A stretch of DNA of 63,990 nt, counting the filler, from a bacterium (GTDB lineage Bacteria; JALSQH01): the NCBI GenBank assembly GCA_027004335.1. It is 9 parts of 9 records of this genome, joined end to end, with 100 filler letters (N's around TTAATTAATTAA, not from the genome) between each part and the next. Parts side by side here need not be neighbours in the genome. Positions count along the whole stretch, not along the records: positions 35,840 to 40,840 come from JALTID010000034.1; positions 40,941 to 45,920 come from JALTID010000035.1; positions 46,021 to 60,356 come from JALTID010000036.1; 6 more parts are not named here. One strand, given 5' to 3'. The position numbers and the translations under genes were made by a program. The notes beneath the pieces were generated by a model that was given only the letters and a program-made list of their open reading frames with translations, did not search any database and was not told the origin of the DNA. This document shows, piece by piece, positions 40,737 to 50,235 of the stretch (within the stretch, counting starts at the first letter, position 1; every line of letters starts with the position of its first letter).

Positions 40737-40840
40737 ATGAGGAGAGTTTTCAGCTTAATATTAGTAACTTGGATGTGTGCTGTTTCTCTCTTTTCTCTCT
40801 CCACCCTCACCATTACTGTGGGCCAAACAAGGAGGATAAG
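40737..40840 (+). CDS. Probable CpaC/RcpA secretin, N-terminal fragment
   Basis: MRRVFSLILVTWMCAVSLFSLSTLTITVGQTRRI: signal peptide, then an LxxxVGQ start typical of the CpaC N-domain; cut by the contig end. Confidence 0.5.
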
Positions 40841-40940
40841 NNNNNNNNNNNNNNNNNNNNNNNNNNNNNNNNNNNNNNNNNNNNTTAATTAATTAANNNN
40901 NNNNNNNNNNNNNNNNNNNNNNNNNNNNNNNNNNNNNNNN
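40841..40940. other. Synthetic contig linker
   Basis: N44-TTAATTAATTAA-N44. Confidence 0.97.
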
Positions 40941-40942
40941 TG

Positions 40943-41932
40943 CAAGAAGTTTACAAGGCGATAGGGAGAGTTGCGGATACTGATGTTACTGTTTTAATTG
41001 AGGGTGAATCAGGTACAGGAAAAGAACTTGTAGCAAAAGCTATCCATTTCAATAGCTCAAGATTTGCTAAGCCTTTCATTCCGATAAATATGGCAGCAAT
41101 CCCCTCCGAATTGTTAGAGAGTGAGCTTTTTGGCTACGAAGAAGGTGCTTTTACAGGGGCTGTGAGGAGATATCCAGGGAAATTTTTACTGGCAAATGGT
41201 GGGACTATTTTTCTTGATGAAATTGGAGAAGCTCCGTTAAGTATTCAGGCGAAATTGCTCAGGGTCCTGGAGGAGAAAAAGGTAATACCCCTTGGTGGTA
41301 AAAATGAAGTGAAACTGGATGTAAGAATAATTGCTGCTACAAATAAAGACCTTAAGCAATTAATAAACGAAGGAAAATTTAGGGAGGATCTTTATTACAG
41401 ACTGAGTGTTTTTAATATTAGGTTACCACCCCTTCAAGAACGTCTGGAGGATATCCCGGTTTTATTAGCTCATTTTGTTAAAAGATTTTCAAGGATTCAC
41501 GGCGTACATGAAAAAACTTTTACGGAGAAAGCTGTTAAACTTCTTATGGAACAGAAGTGGCCAGGAAATGTAAGGGAGCTGGAAAATACTATCCTCAGAG
41601 TAATTCTTTCTACCCCCGGTGAAGTGATAGACGAAAAAGAGATGAGTGAGATTCTTGGGATAGGAAAATCTGAGAGTTTGGATAATAGCGGGTTTTCTGA
41701 CCTTGTTTTCAAATATCTTAAGAGGATTTTTGAAACTGTTAATCCAGACGATCTTGATAATTCAACTCTTTATCATGATGTAATAAAAAAAGTTGAGAAA
41801 CCCCTCATCAGGCTATCTATGGAAAAAACCGGATGGAATCAGGTTAAGGCCGCAAAGTTGCTGGGCATAAACAGAAATACTCTTAGAAAGAAGATACTTG
41901 AGTTGAATATTAAAAAGAATAATAATGAATAA
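40943..41932 (+). CDS. NtrC-like sigma54-dependent activator (5'-truncated)
   Basis: [35 protein letters not shown], Fis-type [22 protein letters not shown]. Confidence 0.93.
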   Translation, partial: QEVYKAIGRVADTDVTVLIEGESGTGKELVAKAIHFNSSRFAKPFIPINMAAIPSELLESELFGYEEGAFTGAVRRYPGKFLLANGGTIFLDEIGEAPLSIQAKLLRVLEEKKVIPLGGKNEVKLDVRIIAATNKDLKQLINEGKFREDLYYRLSVFNIRLPPLQERLEDIPVLLAHFVKRFSRIHGVHEKTFTEKAVKLLMEQKWPGNVRELENTILRVILSTPGEVIDEKEMSEILGIGKSESLDNSGFSDLVFKYLKRIFETVNPDDLDNSTLYHDVIKKVEKPLIRLSMEKTGWNQVKAAKLLGINRNTLRKKILELNIKKNNNE

Positions 41933-42578
41933 CAAGTTAATTTTGCAAGAATACAGTGGATTTTATGGTATTGTCGACATGGCTTACCAGGATATGCTTT
42001 CCCCTGTTGATTGGGTGAAAATATTTATCAAAAATAGTGTGAGGGTAATCCAGTTAAGGGCAAAGGCAGTGGATGACATTGATTTTTATAATACTGCAAA
42101 AGAATTAAGAAAAATAATTCCTGAAGATTTTTTGTTTATTATTAACGACAGGGCTGACATAGCATTGCTTACTGATGCTGATGGAGTGCATCTAGGTCAG
42201 AGAGATGTTCTTCCATCCGCAGTAAGAGAAAAATGGGATACTCTTGTTATTGGCTTATCTACCCATAATATGGAGCAGTTGAAAATTGCAAATACTCTTA
42301 AGGTGGATTATGTAGGTTTTGGCCCTGTTTTTCCTACCACCAGCAAAGAAGTACCTGATCCAGTTGTAGGAATTGAAGGTTTAAAGAGAGCAAGAGAATT
42401 TTCCTTTCATCCTGTAGTAGCAATAGGGGGGATAAATCTGGAGAATTTAGAAAAGATTATAAAGGATATTTGTCCCGATTTCTTCGCTGTAATTTCTGCT
42501 ATTGCTTTATCAGAAGATCCTGAGGAAGAGGTATTCAGTTTGCAGGAAGAGTATATGAAGTTTTGTAAAAAAACTTGA
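41925..42578 (+). CDS. thiE: Thiamine-phosphate synthase
   Basis: [40 protein letters not shown]. Confidence 0.94.
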   Translation: MNNKLILQEYSGFYGIVDMAYQDMLSPVDWVKIFIKNSVRVIQLRAKAVDDIDFYNTAKELRKIIPEDFLFIINDRADIALLTDADGVHLGQRDVLPSAVREKWDTLVIGLSTHNMEQLKIANTLKVDYVGFGPVFPTTSKEVPDPVVGIEGLKRAREFSFHPVVAIGGINLENLEKIIKDICPDFFAVISAIALSEDPEEEVFSLQEEYMKFCKKT

Positions 42579-42612
42579 CAAAAAAGACAAACTTATAATA
42601 ACCTTTAAGATA

Positions 42613-43647
42613 ATGGAAGAAGGGAAGAACCTTTTAAACCAGTTTTCAGAGCTTTTTGAGAAATGGGAAACATCCATTGCCACAGATGAATGGGAAAAGA
42701 GCGCAGAAGAAATCTACAAAATTTTTCCACAATTGTGCAAAAATTTTCTTTTTGGTGAATGTACAAAACTCATAGGCCTTCTTCAGACTGCCAGCCAGCA
42801 CGGGAAGGAAATAATCTGGGGTAGAATTGTTGCGGAAATTAATAAATCCTTCGTGGAGATGCCTAAGGCGGAAAGGGAGATTCTCTTTCCTGTTTATTTT
42901 AAGCTTGGAGAAAATGCAGTAGAATCCCTTCTGAATTTATTGAAAGAAGTGGAATCAAAGGATCTGAGGATCCAGATAATAGAGATTCTTAAAAACATCT
43001 TTACTAAGTCTCCTACATTGCTTCCAAAATTTCTTGACACCATTACTGAACCATGGTTTCTTGTGAGAAATTTGATTATGATTGCTGGTGAAATTGGTTC
43101 AGAAGATATTGTTCCGCATATGGAAAAATTTATGGGAAATCCCAATGAAAAGGTAAAAAGAGAACTCGCAGAAACGATTATAAAAATAAAAGGGATAAAT
43201 GCTGTTCCATATCTTAATAAGATGTTGATTGACAAAAATCCACTAATAAGAAGGCAGGTTGTGGAACTACTTTTAAGATACCAGTTATGGAGCACCGTAG
43301 GGGCTGAGAATATCCTCTTTTCCATGAGAAATGCTATGGACAGAATTGGTAGTGAGGAAGAAGAGAATTTCGTAAGGGTCTCTGTATCCTATGTAACAAA
43401 TGCTCTCCCAAGGTTACATAATCCAGAGAGGGTTATAAAAGGGATTCTTACTCTTGTTAAGATGTATGGTAAAAAAAGTCTGATACATGGGAGAAAAAGT
43501 AAAACTCAAACCAAAGTTCTTTCAACTCTTCTCAATTCTCTCAGCGGCGTAGCTCCTGAAAAACTACAGCCCTTTCTTCCTGAGCTGGAAAATTCAACAA
43601 ATATGAAGGAACTTCAAGAAGTGCTTGAGAAACTGAAATCACGATAA
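42613..43647 (+). CDS. HEAT-repeat protein
   Basis: Helical repeats WFLVRNL..AGEIG, NEKVKRE, D.NPLIRRQ. Confidence 0.75.
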   Translation: MEEGKNLLNQFSELFEKWETSIATDEWEKSAEEIYKIFPQLCKNFLFGECTKLIGLLQTASQHGKEIIWGRIVAEINKSFVEMPKAEREILFPVYFKLGENAVESLLNLLKEVESKDLRIQIIEILKNIFTKSPTLLPKFLDTITEPWFLVRNLIMIAGEIGSEDIVPHMEKFMGNPNEKVKRELAETIIKIKGINAVPYLNKMLIDKNPLIRRQVVELLLRYQLWSTVGAENILFSMRNAMDRIGSEEEENFVRVSVSYVTNALPRLHNPERVIKGILTLVKMYGKKSLIHGRKSKTQTKVLSTLLNSLSGVAPEKLQPFLPELENSTNMKELQEVLEKLKSR

Positions 43648-43669
43648 TTTCAATTCTTATTCCGGAGAT

Positions 43670-44455
43670 ATGATGGCTGTAAAAGAGGGTGAGAGAATAT
43701 TGTTAGTTGATCCAGATGGGAAGAATTTTTTGATAAGAGTTGAGAAGGATAAAGAAATATCCACCCATCGTGGTGTAATCAATCTGGGCAATGTTGTCGG
43801 GAAGGAATATGGCGATTTTGCTTTAACTCACAACGAAAGGGGTAAGTTTTACATTATTAAGCCCTCGGTGAACGACTTTATGATGAAAGTTAAAAGAAAA
43901 ACCCAGATCATTTATCCCAAAGATGCAGCTTTGATAGTTATGTGGCTTGGACTTGAAGAAGGTTCAAGAGTGATAGAGATCGGCAGCGGTTCAGGAAGTC
44001 TTACGATTGCTCTTGCCAATGCTGTTGGGGAGAGAGGGAAGATTTACAGCTATGAGAGGAGAAAAGATTTTATGGAAAATGCTATTAAAAATGTAGAGAA
44101 TAGTGGTCTCATAGATAGAGTTGAGTTTAAGGTAAGGGAGGCACATGAAGGTTTTGATGAGAAAGAAGTGGATGCTGTTTTTATTGATCTTCCCTCTCCA
44201 TGGGATGCTCTTGATCCTGCAGTTAAAGCATTGCGGGGAGGCGGGAGGCTTGGTGTTCTTTCTCCTACCTGTAATCAAATAGAAACCATGGCAGTTAAAA
44301 TGGAGGAGAGGGGATTTATTGAAATTTCAAGTTTTGAATTGTTGGTGAGGTATATGCTCCCTAGGAAGGGAATGACAAGACCTTTTGAGAGAATGGTGGG
44401 CCATACGGGTTACCTTTTGTTCGGGATCAAGATTAATCCTGAATTTGATCTATGA
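43670..44455 (+). CDS. trmI: tRNA (adenine58-N1)-methyltransferase
   Basis: TQIIYPKD, EIGSGSGSLT, SYERR, DLPSPW, MVGHTGYL. Confidence 0.93.
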   Translation: MMAVKEGERILLVDPDGKNFLIRVEKDKEISTHRGVINLGNVVGKEYGDFALTHNERGKFYIIKPSVNDFMMKVKRKTQIIYPKDAALIVMWLGLEEGSRVIEIGSGSGSLTIALANAVGERGKIYSYERRKDFMENAIKNVENSGLIDRVEFKVREAHEGFDEKEVDAVFIDLPSPWDALDPAVKALRGGGRLGVLSPTCNQIETMAVKMEERGFIEISSFELLVRYMLPRKGMTRPFERMVGHTGYLLFGIKINPEFDL

Positions 44456-45182
44456 TTTCAGGTAGAATTTCTCCAGCTTTTCCGAAAATTGAAACATCAG
44501 CGATCTCAGAAATAGGAGTGGGTTCAAGGTTTATCTCAATTACTTTTGCGTCATTGTGTTTTGCAACAAATGCGAAACTTGCAGCAGGTTGGACAACTCC
44601 TGATGTTCCGATTACCAGCATCGCGTTACATTTTCTCAGCCATTCTTCCACCTCTGCCATTACATCATAGGGTAGAGATTCTCCAAACCATACTACACCG
44701 GGTCTTAATAATCCCCCGCATCTGGGACATCTTGGCGGTATTTCTTTGAGAGGGACTTCATAGTTAAAATCCTCACCCCCACATTCTGTACATTTCACCT
44801 TCCATATATTACCATGGATCTCCAGTACATTTTTGTTACACACCCTGTTGTGAAGTCCATCTACATTCTGGGTTATTATTACGAAATCTTTACCCCTCAA
44901 ATCTTCTAACTTTTTTAAGGCAAGATGCCCCGAGTTTGGATATACAGAGGCAATTTTCTCTCTCCGCCAGTTGTACCATTCCCATACGAGTTTAGGATCT
45001 CTCTGAAACGCCTGTGGTGTGGCAAGTTCTGTGGGATCATATTTATTCCAGAGTCCCTCTTTCCCTCTAAATGTTGGAATCCCACTTTCCGCAGATATAC
45101 CCGCACCTGTTAGAGCGCATATTTTTTCTGATTTTTCAATAAATTCCTTAGCTGTGTTCTGCAGCTCTTTTTTCTCTTTCAT
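44433..45182 (-). CDS. cobB: NAD-dependent deacylase (sirtuin)
   Basis: GAGISAESGIPTFRG, TQNVDGLH, HG, two CxxC, RPGVVWFGE, GTS. Confidence 0.95.
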   Translation of the reverse strand: MKEKKELQNTAKEFIEKSEKICALTGAGISAESGIPTFRGKEGLWNKYDPTELATPQAFQRDPKLVWEWYNWRREKIASVYPNSGHLALKKLEDLRGKDFVIITQNVDGLHNRVCNKNVLEIHGNIWKVKCTECGGEDFNYEVPLKEIPPRCPRCGGLLRPGVVWFGESLPYDVMAEVEEWLRKCNAMLVIGTSGVVQPAASFAFVAKHNDAKVIEINLEPTPISEIADVSIFGKAGEILPEIIDQIQD

Positions 45183-45807
45183 ATTTTAGTCTATCCCTGA
45201 GACTGAAGACACATCCGCAGTAGGTCTGTCTATAAAGATTATGCTCCCTGGATAATTCCAGAGAACGCTGAAATCCTCCTGCTTTTTTAAAATCTGCTAC
45301 TAAGAATCTCACTCCATATATCTCTTCCAATTCCAGTCCAATCTGATTTATCCATTCCGCATTTTTGTGTGGACTTACTGAGAGGGTGGTTGTGAAATAT
45401 TCAAATCCCCACTCTTTTGCTTTTTTAACAGTTTCTTCCATTCTCAGTCTGTAGCAGATGGGGCATCTTTTACCACCCTCAGGTTCATTCTCATACCCTT
45501 TTACTGCTTTAAACCAGATCCTTGGATTGTATTCCCCTTCAATAAAAGGCACCTGCATTATCTCCTGGGCAAACCACCTGTTTTCGTTCATTCTTATTTC
45601 ATATTCTTTTTTAGGGTGAATATTTGGATTAAAATAGTAGAGAGTAAGTTCAAAGTATGATTTGAGCTGTTCAACCACAGATGAAGAACATGGCGCACAG
45701 CAGGAGTGAAGAAGTAGAGTTGGCTTTCTGCCTTCTTTTTTTAATTCTCCAATTTCTTTTAGAAAAAGCTTATATGCACCCTTTTTCCCGGGTGGAATTT
45801 TTCTCAT
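45148..45807 (-). CDS. queH: Epoxyqueuosine reductase QueH
   Basis: LLHSCCAPCS, NPNIHP, RCPICY, TTLSVSPHK, YRQTYCGC. Confidence 0.93.
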   Translation of the reverse strand: MRKIPPGKKGAYKLFLKEIGELKKEGRKPTLLLHSCCAPCSSSVVEQLKSYFELTLYYFNPNIHPKKEYEIRMNENRWFAQEIMQVPFIEGEYNPRIWFKAVKGYENEPEGGKRCPICYRLRMEETVKKAKEWGFEYFTTTLSVSPHKNAEWINQIGLELEEIYGVRFLVADFKKAGGFQRSLELSREHNLYRQTYCGCVFSLRDRLKYEREKRAAEHS

Positions 45808-45920
45808 TAGAAAATATCCTTATTGTCTTTGAGAAAAGGATATTTTGTTCTCACTTTGTCAAGTCTTGTCATGTCAAACTTGGCAGTTCTGAAACCTTCC
45901 CTGTCACCTGCCTGTGATAA

Positions 45921-46020
45921 NNNNNNNNNNNNNNNNNNNNNNNNNNNNNNNNNNNNNNNNNNNNTTAATTAATTAANNNNNNNNNNNNNNNNNNNNNNNN
46001 NNNNNNNNNNNNNNNNNNNN
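45921..46020. other. Synthetic contig linker
   Basis: N44-TTAATTAATTAA-N44. Confidence 0.97.
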
Positions 46021-46486
46021 GCGTTTTAATAAAGACTGCGGGACACATTTTAATATTTTCTCCAACAATTTTAGCTACTTCTTTACTCCCGATAGGATCT
46101 TTTGCTTCAAAAAATGGAATTTCAGGAAGGTAGTATTTTCCTTCAGTATCAATGGGAGAGAACTTTTCCATAAAAAAACCAAGGCTAATTAAATATGGTG
46201 GATGGGCATGTACTACAGCAGTATGGGAGGAATTTTTATATACTGACAGGTGAACAACAGTCTCCATAGAAACCTCTATCGGAGGTAAAGAATCAACAGG
46301 AAATGAAACAATATCATCGTAAGTTAAATATCCCAACTGACTCCCTGTCCGGGTAATATGAACAAAGTTGTTAAAAAGAACACTTATATTACCACTCTGA
46401 ACCCCCACAAGACCAAGCTCAAAAAGTTTTCTTCCTGTTACTATTATCTTTTCTGTGACTGACATAAACTTCATTTTCTCCTCCAT
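46021..46486 (-). CDS. Class II aldolase/adducin family protein (3'-truncated)
   Basis: SGNIS, ITRTG, SMET.VH..VY, VVHAHPPY. Confidence 0.9.
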
Positions 46487-46576
46487 AAAAATTTTTATAT
46501 ATTTTACATAAAAATTATTTGACCTTCCTGTAAAAATTTACTTAAATTTAAACAGAAAACCAAGGAAGATATAAAA

Positions 46577-47227
46577 ATGAAGGAACCTTACACAAAAAAA
46601 GATTACAAAACAAGAAGCTATTGGCTTGAATCTCTTGGAGAAATAACTCTAAATTCTTCACTTCAAGGAGAAGAAAAAACAGATATTGCAATTATAGGAG
46701 GCGGTTACACGGGGTTGTCCGCGGGGTATCATCTAAGAATATATGATAGCAGCATAAATGTGACACTTTTGGAAGCTGAGATCTGTGGATATGGGGCAAG
46801 CGGTAGAAACGGAGGATTCAATATGACCCTATTTGGACTCACTCCATCTCTCACAAAGTTATTTTTTGGCGTGGAAAGGGGGAAACAGGCAAGAAAATTT
46901 ATGGAAGAGGCAGTAGATTATTTAGCAGAATTTATTCAGAAAAATAACATTGATTGTGATTATGAAAATTCAGGATACCTGCTTGTGGCCACAAATAAAG
47001 CCCAGATAAAAAGGCTGGAACATGAAATAGAAGTAGCAAAAGAGATGGATTTTGAGGGGGTAGAGCTGTGGGATAGAGAAAGACTTCTCTCTGAATTTAA
47101 AACAGATAAATATTATCTCTGATGGTACGAAGCAAGATGTGGCATTTTGCACCCGGCAAAATGGGCAAGAGCACTTAAGGAAAAAACAGAAGAGATTGGA
47201 AATAAGACACTATTTGTGGTATCTTAA
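46577..47227 (+). pseudogene. Disrupted FAD-dependent oxidoreductase (PuuB/DadA-like)
   Basis: SYWL, GGGYTGLS, GASGRNGG; in-frame TGA at 47120-47122, after which the family-like sequence continues (WYEARCGILHPAKWARAL..EEIG) and then ends; roughly half the usual length. Confidence 0.8.
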
Positions 47228-47253
47228 ATTAAACTTTTTCACAGAGGCATGAA

Positions 47254-48105
47254 ATGCGGGTCGGGATAATTGTACGAGATACATCACAGATAGCCATTGA
47301 GGTGATTTCTCTTATTGTAGAGAAATACTCTTCTTCAAAAATCCAATGGTTGATTGAAAAAAATATCGCTGAAAAAATTCCCGACAAAAGAATAGAATCA
47401 ACCCCCCGGCTACAGATTCCTGATGAATCTGACATAATAATTGTCCTTGGGGGAGATGGAACATTCCTCGGAGCTGCGAGATTAATTGGAAATAGAGAAA
47501 CCCCAATGTTAGGGATTAATCTCGGAAGTCTCGGTTTTCTCACAGAGATCCAGATGGATGAGATTGAAAGATACCTGCCCCCCATTCTTGAGGGGAACTT
47601 TAAAATTGAAGAGAGAATGAGATTAACTATTCATCTCCATAGGCAGGAGGAGAGAATTGCTGAATACGATGTTCTTAACGATGCCGTAATTAATAAGGGA
47701 GCCTTAGGAAAGATAATTCAGATTGAAACTTTTGTAAGTGGAGAAAGTCTCACAACTTTCAGAGCGGATGGCTTGATTGTTGCCACTCCCACTGGAAGTA
47801 CCGCATATAACCTTGCTGCAGGAGGACCAATAGTTACACCGCACATGGAGGCAATTCTCATTACTCCCATATGTCCATTCACTCTCACCAATAGGCCACT
47901 TGTTATTCCAGCAGATTATGAAGTTAAGTCATTTATAAGATCCACCAAAGGAGATGTTTTTCTTTCTCTGGATGGGCAGGTCGGTCTTTCTCTTCAGGAA
48001 GGAGATAGAATTGAAGTGAAGAAATCAAAATCATCTTTAAAATTCATAAAAATTCCTGAAAAGTCATATTTTCATATTCTTAGAAGTAAACTCAAATGGG
48101 GATGA
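47254..48105 (+). CDS. nadK: NAD kinase
   Basis: LGGDGTFL, GINLGSLGFL, LND, ADGLIVATPTGSTAY; precedes recN. Confidence 0.96.
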   Translation: MRVGIIVRDTSQIAIEVISLIVEKYSSSKIQWLIEKNIAEKIPDKRIESTPRLQIPDESDIIIVLGGDGTFLGAARLIGNRETPMLGINLGSLGFLTEIQMDEIERYLPPILEGNFKIEERMRLTIHLHRQEERIAEYDVLNDAVINKGALGKIIQIETFVSGESLTTFRADGLIVATPTGSTAYNLAAGGPIVTPHMEAILITPICPFTLTNRPLVIPADYEVKSFIRSTKGDVFLSLDGQVGLSLQEGDRIEVKKSKSSLKFIKIPEKSYFHILRSKLKWG

Positions 48106-48106
48106 G

Positions 48107-49750
48107 ATGCTAACATATCTTCACATCAAGGATTTTGCAATAATTGATGAAGTTGAAATAGAATGGGGGGAAGGATTTGATGTGCTCACGGGGGAAACTG
48201 GAGCAGGAAAATCCATAATTCTCAACGCAGTATCCCTTATACGGGGAGAAAAAGCAAATCAATCCCTTATAAGAGCAGGAAGGGAAAAGGCTATTATAGA
48301 AGCCATCTTTAAAATTGATAGGGAGGAAGTAAAAGAGCATCTTAACCATGCAGAAATTGAGTATGAGGAGGAGATTATAATCAGGCGTATTATCTCCACA
48401 GGGAGGAGCAAGGTGTTCGTGAATGATACTCCTGTTACCCTGAATTTTTTAAGTACCATCGCTCCATATTTGATAGGGATAGATGGACAACATTCCCAGC
48501 AACTTCTACTCCAGCCAAAATTTTATCTGGAAATTTTAGATGAATATGCCGAGATCAAAGAAAGAGTAAAGAAATTTGAAGAAAAGTTTCGCCAGCTAAA
48601 AGCACTTGAAGTAAAACTGGAAGAGCTCAGACAGCAGGAAAAAGAGAGAAATAAAAAGCTTGAATTTTTAAATTACCAGCTTGAAGAAATTGAAAAAATA
48701 AATCCGATAATCGGGGAAGATGAAGAGCTTGAAAAGGAGAAAAAAATTCTATCTGAAAGTGAAAAAATTCTTCTTACCATGTCAGACATCCTTGATGCTA
48801 TTTACATAGGAGAAGACACAATAATAGAGAGATTAAAAGCTATAGTAAAAGAAAGTGAGAAATTAAATGATCTTGGAGAAAAGTGGGAGGAATTTTACTC
48901 ACATATTTCTGAGGCTCTCTATAATCTTGAAGACGCAGCATACATCGGAGAAGATCTAACTTCTATGGTGAAATCTGACCCTGTAAGACTGGAAGAAGTT
49001 ACTGAAAGACTTCTGGAATTAGGGGATCTCAAGAGAAAGTATGGCCCCACACTAAAAGATGTGCTGAAGGAAAAGGAGAATATTAAAGAAGAAATTACCC
49101 TCTTAGAAAATATAAACTCTACCCTTGAAGACAAGGAAAAGAAATTACAAAAGATGCAGGAAGAAATTGAAAAAGAGGCGGAAGAGATTTCTTCAATAAG
49201 AAAGAAAACTGCTCGCTCTCTACAAAAGAAAGTGGAAGAAGAACTGAGTGATTTAGCTATGGAGAGAGCTAAGTTTATCATAGAAATAGTTCCAGCAACT
49301 CTTTTCTCCAAGGGAAAAGATAAGGTTGAAATAAAAATTGCTCCCAATTTAGGTGAACCTCCCAAACCGTTACAAAAAATTGCATCAGGAGGAGAGCTAT
49401 CAAGAATTATGTTAGCTCTCAGATCCTCCCTTGGGAAGAAAAGTCCTCCATCAACCATAATTTTTGATGAAGTTGACTCCGGGATAGGTGGTAAGACAGC
49501 AGAGACCGTGGGGAATAAATTGAGAGAATTATCAACAAGAAGCCAGTTAATAGTGATAACTCATCTTCCCCAGATTGCCTTCAGAGCTGGAAGACACTAC
49601 AAGGTGGAAAAGAAAATCTTAGGGGAAAGAACAGTCTCAACAATAAATGAGGTAAAGGGAGAAGAAAGAGTCCATGAACTTGCCAGAATGCTTGGTAAAA
49701 TAGACAGAGAAACGATCAACTATGTGAAAAAAATGATTGGTAATATGTGA
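48107..49750 (+). CDS. recN: DNA repair protein RecN
   Basis: TGETGAGKS, coiled coil, ASGGELSR, FDEVDSG, ITHLPQ. Confidence 0.97.
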   Translation: MLTYLHIKDFAIIDEVEIEWGEGFDVLTGETGAGKSIILNAVSLIRGEKANQSLIRAGREKAIIEAIFKIDREEVKEHLNHAEIEYEEEIIIRRIISTGRSKVFVNDTPVTLNFLSTIAPYLIGIDGQHSQQLLLQPKFYLEILDEYAEIKERVKKFEEKFRQLKALEVKLEELRQQEKERNKKLEFLNYQLEEIEKINPIIGEDEELEKEKKILSESEKILLTMSDILDAIYIGEDTIIERLKAIVKESEKLNDLGEKWEEFYSHISEALYNLEDAAYIGEDLTSMVKSDPVRLEEVTERLLELGDLKRKYGPTLKDVLKEKENIKEEITLLENINSTLEDKEKKLQKMQEEIEKEAEEISSIRKKTARSLQKKVEEELSDLAMERAKFIIEIVPATLFSKGKDKVEIKIAPNLGEPPKPLQKIASGGELSRIMLALRSSLGKKSPPSTIIFDEVDSGIGGKTAETVGNKLRELSTRSQLIVITHLPQIAFRAGRHYKVEKKILGERTVSTINEVKGEERVHELARMLGKIDRETINYVKKMIGNM

Positions 49751-50235
49751 TGAAAGAGAGAATAAGAAAGGCAAAGATGCTTGATGTGAAAGAGATACAC
49801 GATTTAATTGATTACTACGCCAGCAGAAGGGAGATGCTACCTCGCCCACTTCAGGAGATATATGAATTTTTGAGGGACTTCTGGGTCTATGAAGTGAATA
49901 GCAAGATCGTAGGTGTATGTGCATTACATTTTGCATGGGAGAATCTTGCAGAAATAAGGTCATTAGCTGTTTTTCCTGAATATCAGGAAATGGGGATAGG
50001 GAAAAAACTTGTTCAACAATGTATAGAGGATGCTAAAGAATACCAACTAAAAAGAATCTTTGCTCTGACCTATCACCCTGATTTTTTTGCCAGACTGGGG
50101 TTCAAAAAGATCGATAAAAAAATCCTTCCACATAAGATATGGGCTGATTGTCTTAAATGTCCCCTTTTCCCTGATTGCAACGAAGAAGCTATGATGTTAG
50201 AATGTGAGAATAATGGAAAAGGAAAAAATTATTGA
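49747..50235 (+). CDS. argA: Short GNAT N-acetyltransferase (ArgA-like N-acetylglutamate synthase)
   Basis: MLPRPL..IYE..RDF, LAEIRSLAV, FALTY, LPHKIWADCLKCP..PDC. Confidence 0.8.
   Translation: MMKERIRKAKMLDVKEIHDLIDYYASRREMLPRPLQEIYEFLRDFWVYEVNSKIVGVCALHFAWENLAEIRSLAVFPEYQEMGIGKKLVQQCIEDAKEYQLKRIFALTYHPDFFARLGFKKIDKKILPHKIWADCLKCPLFPDCNEEAMMLECENNGKGKNY

Noticed and set aside
45808-45920. Possible riboswitch (e.g. preQ1) or repeat upstream of queH
   Set aside because: I could not recognise a preQ1 stem-loop with its A-rich tail, and the region is cut by the contig end. An Rfam/Infernal scan would decide.
47120-47122. TGA as selenocysteine or reassigned Gly/Trp (genetic code 25 or 4)
   Set aside because: The position is not Cys-like, the gene is truncated anyway, and TGA is the true stop of many intact genes here (nadK, recN, moxR, clpX).
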